The notes under the pieces were generated by a model. It had not been told where the DNA came from. It was given only the letters and a program-made list of their open reading frames with translations, and did not search any database. Positions 1 to 9,473 of a stretch of DNA of 64,000 nucleotides are shown here, piece by piece (within the stretch, counting starts at the first letter, position 1; each line of letters opens with the position of its first letter). The position numbers and the translations under genes were made by a program. The stretch comes from a virus (Duplodnaviria > Caudoviricetes). The stretch spans positions 1-64,000 of the IMG/VR virus record IMGVR_UViG_3300036805_000137; one strand, written 5' to 3'.

Positions 1-642
1 GCCGGTCCACCTGCTACCGGCGCGGGGGATAGTTCGGCAGCACCACCACCCACATCCGGCGCGCCGATGCCCGCACCCGGGATGACGCCGGCAGACATGA
101 TCCCCGGCAGTGGCGGTGGGGCCAACATCCCCGGCCAGTTCGGTGCAGCCGGGCCTATCGCACCCGGGCCGGATGTAGGCACCGATGCCAATACCCCGGC
201 CGGTACCAATCAGACCGTGGGCGGCGCGGTAATGGGTGCAGTGGATGGGGCTGTCGGCTCATTCGATCATCCCGGCACCGGATTTAACAGCGAGGCATGG
301 ACCGGTCAGGCCACACCGAATGAGGGTGTCTGGGATAACATGGGTCCGGGGATCCAATCGCACGGTGCGGTACTCAGTGCACAAGCCAAAGATTTGGCCC
401 AAGGTGGTCAGGGGATACTCAACCGCGCATATCAGGGTGACGATTTCGCAGGTTATCGTGATGATACGGGTGGACCCATCACCTATGCTAATGCCGATGA
501 TGCGGCTTTCGTTGCACAGACTATGCAGTCACTGGGTTCTGATCCCAGTGGCAAATTCACCACACAAGACGCGGTTGACGCTGCCGACAGTGACGATACT
601 CATTCGGATCCCTCAGGTATTTGGTCTAGTCCAGTAGCATAA
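1..642 (+). CDS. Pro/Gly/Ala-rich hypothetical protein, 5' end outside window
   Basis: Frame of ORF 67..642 is open back to base 1; low-complexity PAG-rich sequence; lies just before the tape measure gene. Confidence 0.7.
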   Translation, partial: AGPPATGAGDSSAAPPPTSGAPMPAPGMTPADMIPGSGGGANIPGQFGAAGPIAPGPDVGTDANTPAGTNQTVGGAVMGAVDGAVGSFDHPGTGFNSEAWTGQATPNEGVWDNMGPGIQSHGAVLSAQAKDLAQGGQGILNRAYQGDDFAGYRDDTGGPITYANADDAAFVAQTMQSLGSDPSGKFTTQDAVDAADSDDTHSDPSGIWSSPVA

Positions 643-660
643 CGGGGTAGAGGTGACTAC

Positions 661-1815
661 GTGGGCTCGCCGTCCCGCTCCATAATCATCAACTTTAAGG
701 GCTCCATAGGCGGGCTGGTCGGAACCACTCGCAAAGCAGTAACCGAGATATCCCGCGTGGGCAACGCTGGTGTCAAAATCGGTAAGGATCTGTCACAGGC
801 ATTACTGCACGGTAACGTGAAGCCAATTATTGGTGATGTGGTCGGCGGGTTGGCCTCGATGGCTCGCATGGTGTTTATCATGCCTGGTCTGTTATTGGCA
901 CTCGTCAACCCAATGAACATCGCCAGTATGGCGACAATGAATTTCTCGAATGCCATCAGCGCGTCCAGTCCACAAGCATTTGTTGCCGCTACCCGAAACA
1001 TGGCGCCGGCAATGCGCGATGCGGTGATGGCCACCAGATTATTGTCGCCAGAGATCAAAAACTTGTACGGCATTATTCAGCAAGGTTTCTGGGCTGGCGC
1101 AGCGGATGACATCAACAACCTAGCTAAGGTCTATTTCCCGGTGCTGGGCGCGGGCATGGGTGGTATCAGCACGATACTGGGCACACTACGCCATGATCTT
1201 GTGGAATTCCTCACAGAGCCTCAAGTAGTCAGCACCATCAGTTCATGGTTTACCGCATTTGCCAAATGGGGCACATCCATGGAGCCGGTAGTCAAGGCTC
1301 TCATGCCCGACATGATTACGCTGATGTCTGACTTTGCAGCGATTATGACCAACTTTGTTCTGCCGCTGGTCACCCGGCTTATCGGTTTGTTCACCACCGT
1401 GATGGGATTTATCACCCCGATCCTTACCGGTATCAGCTCCATATCGGGGATTGCGAGTGGCATCACCGGGGGAGGATCCGGCAGCACGGGTGCCTCTACG
1501 GGGGGTAGTGGGATTGGCGGGTTTCTCAGCGGTCTGGTATCAGGCGTGGGCTCATTTTTCTCTGGTTTGTTCGGCCGGGCAGCGGGTGGCCCGGTACTCG
1601 CGGGGCAATCCTATCTCGTGGGCGAGCGTGGGCCAGAAGTGCTGACCATGGGCGGCAGTAGCGGATTTATCAGCCCGAATATCCACACTGGCCATACCAG
1701 CGTCACGGTCAAGATTGGTGACAGTGAGCTGCGCGATATTGTCTCCCACGAGATCGATCGGTACGCGGCGGGTGTGGCCATGACAGCGCGCATGGGTGGG
1801 GGGTCATTCGCGTGA
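661..1815 (+). CDS. Tape measure protein (short, 384 aa)
   Basis: Ala/Gly/Ile-rich helical composition; C-terminal GRAAGGPVLAGQSYLVGERGPEVL motif typical of tape measure C-termini; precedes the minor tail genes. Confidence 0.8.
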   Translation: MGSPSRSIIINFKGSIGGLVGTTRKAVTEISRVGNAGVKIGKDLSQALLHGNVKPIIGDVVGGLASMARMVFIMPGLLLALVNPMNIASMATMNFSNAISASSPQAFVAATRNMAPAMRDAVMATRLLSPEIKNLYGIIQQGFWAGAADDINNLAKVYFPVLGAGMGGISTILGTLRHDLVEFLTEPQVVSTISSWFTAFAKWGTSMEPVVKALMPDMITLMSDFAAIMTNFVLPLVTRLIGLFTTVMGFITPILTGISSISGIASGITGGGSGSTGASTGGSGIGGFLSGLVSGVGSFFSGLFGRAAGGPVLAGQSYLVGERGPEVLTMGGSSGFISPNIHTGHTSVTVKIGDSELRDIVSHEIDRYAAGVAMTARMGGGSFA

Positions 1816-3227
1816 CTATCAGCGTCACCGCCACCTATGATGACGCGCGGGGCCGGGTGCTCATCGCTGCTACCAACCTCCCGACCATCGCCACCACAGC
1901 ATTGTTCGAGTGGTCTAACGACAATGTGCACTGGCGATCAGTCCGGGGCAGCTCCGCAGTAGCGGTAGCGAGCAACGCAGCCAGCTGCTTTGACTATGAG
2001 TACAGCCCGGGGATCCTGAACTACTACCGGTGCGCCGCGGTGAGCTCGGCCGCGCCCAGCTTTGTTGCTGCCGGCACCGCAGCGACCGCCAACAACGCCA
2101 GCGTGACCCCGGGCCTGCCGGCGGGCTGGCAAGAGGGCGACCTGTTGCTCATCCTGGCCAGCATCCGCAACAGCGGCACGGGCAGCGTGGTGGCACCCAC
2201 GGGCTACACGCCACTGCTGGCAGTCGATAACTGGGCGCTGTTCGGTAAGCGCGCGGCGGTGGCTGAGTCGGCTCCTACGGTCACCCTCGCGGGCGGTGCG
2301 GCGGGTGCAGACGTGCTCTCCCAGATGGCAGCCCTGCGCAACACCGAGCTCATCCCCGCCACCACGGCCTATCAGCTCAATCCCAGCGGTGCCAATATCA
2401 CCTACCCGGGCGTGGCGGCATTCCAGTCCAGCTGGGATGTGATCCTGTACCTGGGATGGCGCCAGTCCAGCTGGACAGTGCCTAACGTCGCCACACTCAG
2501 CGGAGCTACCGAGATCGGCGAGGTCGCCAGCACAGCGGGCAGCGGTGCCGGGCAGGTCTGGGATTACCAAGTGCAGACCACACCAACACCAGTTACCGGC
2601 GGAGCATTCACCGTGACCGGCGGCAGCGCAGCCATCAGCTACGGCGCGGTAGTCGCGCTGGCCAATGCGGCTTACGTCCTGCGCACCACGGCCACCGTGA
2701 CCCCCGTGCAATCACAGGTCTGGCTCAAAGTAGTTACTGCGCCCTATCTCAATCGCACCGTGACCTTGATTGACTGGGATGAGCTCAACCGCAGTAGCCG
2801 GGCCATCACCTACAGCGTGATCGGCAAGCGTGATGCGAGTGCAGTTACGGATATGGCGTCACCGCGCACCGTCAATATCAATCTGTGGACAACGGGGGAT
2901 GCCGAGACAGCCGCGCTGGATCTGTTGCTCTCACTAGGCAATATCATGTTGCTCTCAGTTCCCCCGAACTGTGCGCTCAAGAGCATGTATGCATCACTGG
3001 GCAATTACAAATACACCCGACCTGCGCACATAAGCCACAACAACAACTACACGATACCGCTCACTGAGGTCACCATGCCGGATGTCTCGCTAGGGGGCAA
3101 TAGTGTGACGTGGGCAACCTTGATCACTAACTATGCCACATGGCAAGATGTGATCAATGCCAATGCTACGTGGGCGGCAGTTCTCGCGCTGACCGGCACG
3201 CCAGCGGATGCATTGGTAGGCCACTAG
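1812..3227 (+). CDS. Minor tail protein (distal-tail-like with inserted beta-rich domain)
   Basis: GTGA overlap with the tape measure stop; position; Thr/Ala/Gly-rich central insertion. Confidence 0.7.
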   Translation: MTISVTATYDDARGRVLIAATNLPTIATTALFEWSNDNVHWRSVRGSSAVAVASNAASCFDYEYSPGILNYYRCAAVSSAAPSFVAAGTAATANNASVTPGLPAGWQEGDLLLILASIRNSGTGSVVAPTGYTPLLAVDNWALFGKRAAVAESAPTVTLAGGAAGADVLSQMAALRNTELIPATTAYQLNPSGANITYPGVAAFQSSWDVILYLGWRQSSWTVPNVATLSGATEIGEVASTAGSGAGQVWDYQVQTTPTPVTGGAFTVTGGSAAISYGAVVALANAAYVLRTTATVTPVQSQVWLKVVTAPYLNRTVTLIDWDELNRSSRAITYSVIGKRDASAVTDMASPRTVNINLWTTGDAETAALDLLLSLGNIMLLSVPPNCALKSMYASLGNYKYTRPAHISHNNNYTIPLTEVTMPDVSLGGNSVTWATLITNYATWQDVINANATWAAVLALTGTPADALVGH

Positions 3228-4435
3228 TGCGCAGCGTATCCAGCCGTTTCCTGGCTGCAGTGAAAGGACCGCACAAAGTAGCATCTCGCGCGGTGCTCGT
3301 GGATGCCGCACCGCAGTTCGGACTGAATCCAACGGGCACCGAGATCCCGATTATCAGCGGCTCGATCACCACACAGTCATTGTCTGATGTGAAATCCACG
3401 CTCTCGCTCACCGTGCCTGGCGACTACTACACCGCGCTGAAACCCTATGGTACTGAATTGTTCATTGAGCGTGGCGTAGAATTTTCCAATGGTGACCGGG
3501 AAATGGTGGGCCTGGGTTACTACCGTATCGAGCAGATTACTCAAGATGAGGCACCTTTTGGGCCGGTGAGCATCCAAGGGCTTGACCGCATATCGCAACT
3601 GCAGCAAAACAAATTGGCATTTCCCTTACCGCTCAATAATGCGGACAGTCATCGCAGCGTGTTCCATCGGTTGTTTAACGGTATCTCGATCCCGCAGCAA
3701 GCCACCTACCCCGGACTCTCGCCGGCCGGATTTGCGGCGTATCCTAACGCGCGGATACCCATCAGCTGGACTAGTTACAACCCGGACACTACCACCATCA
3801 TTGGTGATCAGATTGTCGAGGATGACGCCTACGGATATCTACGAGATCTGATCAAGATATACAACGCCAGCATGATGCGATTCACCTACACTGGCGAATT
3901 GTTGGTGTACTCGATTGCTATTGATGCCAGCTACCCCGTGTACACGCTGACTGGTGGAGCCGGCGGCCAGATCATCAAGGCTAACCGGGTAACGAAACGC
4001 ACGGACGTCTCAAATTCAGTCACCGCATACGGAAGTGACCCGACCAGCATAACTGACTTTATCATCACTCAGAATGATGACCCGGCATCAGCGCTGGCTT
4101 TCAACAAAACCACCTACCCGGCATTCGGGCCGGCACCCACGTACTATTCCTCACCATTGCTGCAGACTAACGCCGATGTGGAGCTCGCAGGCGAGACACT
4201 ACTACGTCGATTTCGGATGCTGCCAGAAACCAATACGCTCACGGTCATCCCCAACGCGGCACTAGAGACCAATGATCCCATTGACGTGATCTACCGTCCG
4301 GGTATGGATCCGGTCCGCTGCATCATTGACTCAATGGTGATGCCGCTGACCGCATCAACCGGCGGCACCATTACCACACGGATCCCAACCGCTACCGAGG
4401 GGTACGGGCTGGGTCTGGGATTCCTGGGGCCATAA
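3227..4435 (+). CDS. Minor tail / baseplate hub-like protein (DUF5047-like)
   Basis: GTG at 3227 overlaps the upstream TAG (start trimmed from ORF 3140); VSSRFLAAV...ELFIERGVEF...GYYRI pattern typical of actinophage minor tail proteins. Confidence 0.7.
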   Translation: MRSVSSRFLAAVKGPHKVASRAVLVDAAPQFGLNPTGTEIPIISGSITTQSLSDVKSTLSLTVPGDYYTALKPYGTELFIERGVEFSNGDREMVGLGYYRIEQITQDEAPFGPVSIQGLDRISQLQQNKLAFPLPLNNADSHRSVFHRLFNGISIPQQATYPGLSPAGFAAYPNARIPISWTSYNPDTTTIIGDQIVEDDAYGYLRDLIKIYNASMMRFTYTGELLVYSIAIDASYPVYTLTGGAGGQIIKANRVTKRTDVSNSVTAYGSDPTSITDFIITQNDDPASALAFNKTTYPAFGPAPTYYSSPLLQTNADVELAGETLLRRFRMLPETNTLTVIPNAALETNDPIDVIYRPGMDPVRCIIDSMVMPLTASTGGTITTRIPTATEGYGLGLGFLGP

Positions 4436-5676
4436 TGACGTCCCCCAATGCATTTGGTCTGTCACGGTTATTCATCGCGCCGTACAATATCCCACAAGTT
4501 CCTACGCTGACCCAAGACTGGGCTGGCGGAATAATGACACAGTGGGATTCGATATCTCACACCAATACGGTTGTGGTAGGCCCGGTAACCTACCGCAATC
4601 TTCCCTCAGTCAGTCCTCTGGGATTAACCGAGGGTACCGTCCTATTGGCGAAAGTCCCGGGCGGTTACATTATTCTCGGGATGCTCGCTGTTGCGGGAGC
4701 CGTGGCGTTTCTCGATCCGATACGCCATCGCCGGGTGGCATCCGACATACCCTTGACCGGCATCACGTTAGCTGATGCTGGCAACCTGAACTTTCTAGTC
4801 AAAGATAATACTGAATATGCCGTAGATGGTGCTCTCTACTACAATTCCACAACATCACAAGACATCAAATTTGCGTGGAATGGGCCACCGAACATGGCAT
4901 GTAAATGGTCAATGTTCGGTCTGTCGAATGCAACACTAAATGAGATTCTTACAGATGTTGTGACAGCCTACGGAGATACTACTACACAAACTCTGCAGGG
5001 CTTGGGTGCGTTGGCCACCTGCCGTCCCTCTGGATGGTTTAAGACTACGGACACCCCCGGGCTGTTGCAGCTCCGCGTAGCCCTGGCTACAGCCGGCACA
5101 GCGGGCACCCTCAACCAAGGCTCGTGGCTGCGCATCAGCGAGCTGGTTGCCGGCGCGGGGGTCGCAGATACTTACACCAAGATCTACACGGCCACGGGCT
5201 CGCGCAGCTATGACCACAATGGCACATATATCGGCAGCCCTGATGGTGACAACAATATGTACTTTGGGTCCTTTAGCGGTCGGTCATTTGGCAGTGAGCG
5301 GCATATGTGGACCTTTAACGCCGCACAGATGCGCACCGACCTCACGGGCGCCACCATTTTGTCTGCGCAGATGTTTTTGTACTGCTTCCGCTGTGACAGC
5401 TCAGCTGGTGACTATAACTGGTTTTGGAGCCCGACCTCTACGATTCAGACCACATTCCCTACCAACGGTGTAGGCGGTGCTGATGTCCAGGGCGCATGGG
5501 GCACGATACCGGGCTGGGGAAGCATTGACATCGCTAGCCAAATGACTTACATAGTCAACAGCAATGCCAATAGTGTCTTAGGCGGCCCGGCCGGATTTAG
5601 TGACGCATCCACTGGTTTCCGCGGATTTGGCACCGCCAGTTACCAGCCGTACATACAGCTCACGTATGCCAAGTAA
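4435..5676 (+). CDS. Minor tail protein
   Basis: TAATG coupling; multi-domain beta-rich protein in the tail module; C-terminal ILSAQMFLY...YIQLTY pattern. Confidence 0.65.
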   Translation: MTSPNAFGLSRLFIAPYNIPQVPTLTQDWAGGIMTQWDSISHTNTVVVGPVTYRNLPSVSPLGLTEGTVLLAKVPGGYIILGMLAVAGAVAFLDPIRHRRVASDIPLTGITLADAGNLNFLVKDNTEYAVDGALYYNSTTSQDIKFAWNGPPNMACKWSMFGLSNATLNEILTDVVTAYGDTTTQTLQGLGALATCRPSGWFKTTDTPGLLQLRVALATAGTAGTLNQGSWLRISELVAGAGVADTYTKIYTATGSRSYDHNGTYIGSPDGDNNMYFGSFSGRSFGSERHMWTFNAAQMRTDLTGATILSAQMFLYCFRCDSSAGDYNWFWSPTSTIQTTFPTNGVGGADVQGAWGTIPGWGSIDIASQMTYIVNSNANSVLGGPAGFSDASTGFRGFGTASYQPYIQLTYAK

Positions 5677-5693
5677 TCGGAGGTTATAGGCCA

Positions 5694-6206
5694 GTGGGTA
5701 ATACCTCCAAATTTGGGCTACCGTTCCCCAACTTAGGCGACATCCCTAGCGGTCCCGCGGGGGTGCAGAGCCTGGCGCAGTCCATCGATGCACTAGGTGT
5801 TATAGGCGGCAAGCGCCGGGTGGCCCCGGGCTCGGCCACATCCACCATCGAGGCCACAGTCATTGACACCCAGACACTCGCGCTGGTTGGCACCAGTGCG
5901 TTTAAGCTCGAATACTTCCTGGCGTTCACCGCCAGCGTGGCCGGCAATGACGCGACCATGCGAATACGCACAACCAGCGTGGCCGGCACCATCATCGGGG
6001 AGACCGTAGCGCTGGGAGTCTACGTCACACCGAACATCAGTTACGGATACTTACAGGTGATCTATAAAACAACCGCGCCAGAACTGCAGTATTTCGCCGG
6101 TACTATCGTGCACCTGGGTACCGGTACCGGCACGATCACACCGGTCATGCCGACCAGCCTCATTGTGACCAATATGGGTCCGAGCACCATCATTGGGGAC
6201 TTCTAA
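5694..6206 (+). CDS. Minor tail protein
   Basis: GGAGG RBS; N-terminal TSKFGLPFP...VQSLAQSID motif common in actinophage tail fibre N-termini. Confidence 0.65.
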   Translation: MGNTSKFGLPFPNLGDIPSGPAGVQSLAQSIDALGVIGGKRRVAPGSATSTIEATVIDTQTLALVGTSAFKLEYFLAFTASVAGNDATMRIRTTSVAGTIIGETVALGVYVTPNISYGYLQVIYKTTAPELQYFAGTIVHLGTGTGTITPVMPTSLIVTNMGPSTIIGDF

Positions 6207-6649
6207 TGACTGCGCCGCACGCTGCCGCGGGTGTGATCCGCCAGGGTGAGGACTGCTGGATAGAGGCCCTGAACATCCGCAACGTGCGCACGGGTGATCT
6301 TATTGATGTCACCAGCTGGAAAGTACACGCAGTCGCCAGGGCCTGGTACGCGCGCATCCCACTCGGCCGGCGGGTCTGGCAGTACCGCATGCAAAACCCC
6401 GTGATGTCCGAATGGTCAACGGCACCGACCGGCACGCAAGGCGTCATCGTCGCCGGCATCGGGAATGACAATGATGACCCCTATCGCATCCGCATCCATG
6501 TGACGCCAGCGCAGACTGACAATTGGCGCGCGCCCATGGCGTTGATCCAGGCAAAGATGTGGAATCCGGTAACCAATGACACCGCCCGCGTTGTGGATGA
6601 GATCTATGAGATAGCTTTTGACGCGCTACCGGACAGTTTGACGTTTTAA
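6206..6649 (+). CDS. Hypothetical protein, tail module
   Basis: TAATG coupling with the upstream gene, 147 aa. Confidence 0.6.
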   Translation: MTAPHAAAGVIRQGEDCWIEALNIRNVRTGDLIDVTSWKVHAVARAWYARIPLGRRVWQYRMQNPVMSEWSTAPTGTQGVIVAGIGNDNDDPYRIRIHVTPAQTDNWRAPMALIQAKMWNPVTNDTARVVDEIYEIAFDALPDSLTF

Positions 6650-6838
6650 CCAGTTAACTATCTCGTACCACAATTGGCGGGCTAACCATCCTAGCCTGCC
6701 GTGTACTTCACGACTGATCAATTCGCAACGCCGGCCGCACTGAGGACACTCCCGTATTTCACCGATAGCACCCTCGCGAGCAAACGTAATAGTGCACTCG
6801 CATTCTGTCATGACTTAGTGTAGCAGGAGGTCTGCGCA

Positions 6839-7483
6839 GTGCCTTTCAACACAACTACCAAGAATGCCGCGTGCACCGGTATCACCGGTAACATCACCTT
6901 CGCGGGTGCACACACGCTCGTGGATCCCGGCCTCGGCACCACGGCCAATGCTGGCGAGGCGTCCGGCGGCTCGTACGCGCGCCAGGCAGCGGCTTGGGCC
7001 ACTGTCACAGGCGGCACACAGGCCAACTCAGGCGCGCTGACCATCCCGGTACCCGCGGGCACCTACGGTTTCATCACGTTCTGGAATGCCGCGACCCTCA
7101 ACACGGGCACGCAGTACATGGGCTACAGCCCGATGGGCGGTGCGGCGGCTATCAAGGGATACGCCACGGTTGATCCCACGCTGGCTAACAACCAGTTCTT
7201 TGCCCCCGGCCACACACTAGCCAACACCAACACACTGTTTGTCTATCCCGAATTCGGTACCACGCTTACCGCGCCATTAGCATCCGGCACATTGTACTAC
7301 GTTATCAACTCAGCCACTAACACATTCCAGCTCTCCACTACATCCGGCGGCAGTGCAGTTGCATTGACTACGCTTAACGCTGGCCTGTTCTACTGGCAGC
7401 GCATTGTGTCTGAGGTTTTCAACGCAGCGGGAAACATCACCGTAGCAATTGGTGCTCTTGTGGTTGACGCCACGTCCGTCTAG
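6839..7483 (+). CDS. Putative virion structural protein
   Basis: AGGAGG RBS before GTG; Thr/Ala/Gly-rich beta protein. Confidence 0.65.
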   Translation: MPFNTTTKNAACTGITGNITFAGAHTLVDPGLGTTANAGEASGGSYARQAAAWATVTGGTQANSGALTIPVPAGTYGFITFWNAATLNTGTQYMGYSPMGGAAAIKGYATVDPTLANNQFFAPGHTLANTNTLFVYPEFGTTLTAPLASGTLYYVINSATNTFQLSTTSGGSAVALTTLNAGLFYWQRIVSEVFNAAGNITVAIGALVVDATSV

Positions 7484-7497
7484 GAGATGGTATTTAC

Positions 7498-8034
7498 ATG
7501 GCACTGACGCTTGCCCAAGGCGCGCAACTAGTCGCAGATGCATCATTTATCAGTCGTATTCGCGCGGTGATGGTCCGGGTGGCTGTCACTATTGAGCTGG
7601 AAGCCCAAGGCGGCCAGACCTCTGCGGTATGGGCCAAACGCCGCGGGCTGGCCGTGCAGATATTAACTAGTCCTGATGCGGTGGTAGGCCGGTTCGCTGC
7701 GCTGGTGGCTTCAGATCCGGCGGGATCACTGAACTGGTTTAATCCTATTCTCATCACGTCGTCAACTGCAGTTAATCCCTCCGTGATCACGACACCAGCA
7801 CATGGTTACGCCAGCGGTGATGTGGTGGAAATCCTGAACCACACAATTAACACCAATGCAAACGGTACCTGGGTAGTGACGGTGATCGGTACAACAACAT
7901 TCTCGATACCACAGCCTGGCAACGGCACCGGGGGTGCCACCGGAACAGTGCAGAAAATGGAAACAGACACCAACATATTTAATACAGTGAACAATTCATG
8001 GAATGCCATGGCCGGTATCGCGACAGGAGAATGA
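7498..8034 (+). CDS. Putative virion structural protein with small beta-barrel insert
   Basis: GGAG RBS; ITTPAHGYASGDVV...NGTWVVTVIGTTTFSI segment resembles a recurrent phage tail beta-barrel. Confidence 0.6.
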   Translation: MALTLAQGAQLVADASFISRIRAVMVRVAVTIELEAQGGQTSAVWAKRRGLAVQILTSPDAVVGRFAALVASDPAGSLNWFNPILITSSTAVNPSVITTPAHGYASGDVVEILNHTINTNANGTWVVTVIGTTTFSIPQPGNGTGGATGTVQKMETDTNIFNTVNNSWNAMAGIATGE

Positions 8035-8255
8035 TGGTCAAGCCCAAGTTTACGCCGTTTCCTGTTCCGATCAAATCTACGGACATGCCGCTCGTGCAAC
8101 ACGCGGGTGCAGACTATATTTGTACTGGTTGCAGTGAGCACATACCCTCAGGAGTCCATATCCACGAAATAATCGATAACGGTATGGTAATTGGGTTACG
8201 GATGATCGCAGGTGCTGACGGTCCTGTAGTGCATGCATGCGGAGAGGCCAGCTAA
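8031..8255 (+). CDS. Small hypothetical protein with CxxC
   Basis: ATGA overlap (start trimmed from 7998); YICTGCSEH and a C-terminal HAC. Confidence 0.55.
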   Translation: MMVKPKFTPFPVPIKSTDMPLVQHAGADYICTGCSEHIPSGVHIHEIIDNGMVIGLRMIAGADGPVVHACGEAS

Positions 8256-8704
8256 TGGCTATCCAGTATGTTATCGCTACCGGCTCCGCAACAATGGTTG
8301 CCGCTACTGCGAAAACGCTTATTGAGATTCCGAGTGCGGCAACCATGCCATTTGTAGTCTACGCTATGGAGATCACCAGCGCGGCTACTGCCGCGGGCAC
8401 TCTGGTTATCGAGTGGGGTACTTACACAGTCACCGGCACGGGTACCACAGTCACACCGCAGAAAGCTGGAACAGATCAAAGTGTCGCTGCAGTTCTCGGA
8501 ACTGTGAAGATATTAGATACTGTTGAGCCGACAAGTTTTTCTGTCGGTACCCTTCCGAACTATGTAATACCGCTGCCCGGTATGTATTCGGTTATTTGGC
8601 CATTTGGTCGTGAATTGTACCAACCGATTTCCGTGCTGCGCGCTATGCGGGCCACCTCCTCTATTGCAGCACCCGTGCGCATTAATCTTTATATCGAGCA
8701 GTGA
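8255..8704 (+). CDS. Putative virion protein
   Basis: TAATG coupling (start trimmed from 8237); beta-rich composition. Confidence 0.6.
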   Translation: MAIQYVIATGSATMVAATAKTLIEIPSAATMPFVVYAMEITSAATAAGTLVIEWGTYTVTGTGTTVTPQKAGTDQSVAAVLGTVKILDTVEPTSFSVGTLPNYVIPLPGMYSVIWPFGRELYQPISVLRAMRATSSIAAPVRINLYIEQ

Positions 8705-8705
8705 T

Positions 8706-9470
8706 ATGACTGTCCTAAACAACAATTTCAATGGGGGTCCGGCCGGGACAACGCTGACAACAGCGAATACCGGGCAGCTGGGCGATAACGCATTTAACTC
8801 AATCACTACTGCCGCAAGCGCTACCATCATTTTCGCGGATGCGGGAGTGAACGCGCTCAATCGTCCGACCGCACAGTATGTGATGGAGCTAGCCACCACC
8901 GGCACCTCAGGCCAGTCAGTAGCTGCATCATGGAGTACATCCATGGGAGCCCAGGCGCAGATCTGGACTAGGTTTTACGTATATTTTTCGTCTATCGGTC
9001 CGTCTACCAATGACCGTATCATATTCTCGGCATTCAGCAGCATTACCATGGAGATGTCCGTACTACTCCAGACGGCCACCACACCGAATTGTCTTTATGT
9101 CAAAGACAAAGCAGGAGTAGCCGTGTATGGTGGTACCTCTTTCGTAGCGGGTGTGTGGAATCGCATAGAGATGAATGTTAACTTTACCGCCGGGTCAACG
9201 TCTTTGTTTGTTTATGCGGATCCTGATGCCGATGGTCTTGATTATTCTGACAGCATTACACAAACAGGTGCTAACTATGGTGGGGCTACCTGCAATCTGT
9301 TCCCCCTGGGCTTGGCGGTTGGCTATTCAGAGGTGACCCCGCCAACATACTTCTCCAACTGGCAGCTCAACAACACCGGATTTCCCGGACCGGCACCATT
9401 TCGTCAGGGCCTGGGATCTCCCATGGGCAACCTCCCCAACCCCGTAGCCATACATTCCGATGTGAACTAA
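8706..9470 (+). CDS. Putative virion protein, jelly-roll/lectin-like beta sandwich
   Basis: ATG one base after the upstream TGA (trimmed from 8604); WTRFYVYF...GVWNRIEM pattern like concanavalin/lyase-type folds. Confidence 0.55.
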   Translation: MTVLNNNFNGGPAGTTLTTANTGQLGDNAFNSITTAASATIIFADAGVNALNRPTAQYVMELATTGTSGQSVAASWSTSMGAQAQIWTRFYVYFSSIGPSTNDRIIFSAFSSITMEMSVLLQTATTPNCLYVKDKAGVAVYGGTSFVAGVWNRIEMNVNFTAGSTSLFVYADPDADGLDYSDSITQTGANYGGATCNLFPLGLAVGYSEVTPPTYFSNWQLNNTGFPGPAPFRQGLGSPMGNLPNPVAIHSDVN

Positions 9471-9473
9471 CCC

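Noticed and set aside
6626-6811. 61-aa antisense Cys-containing ORF inside the tail module
   Set aside because: No RBS upstream, overlaps the 3' end of a + gene and opposes the operon; cannot be supported as a gene
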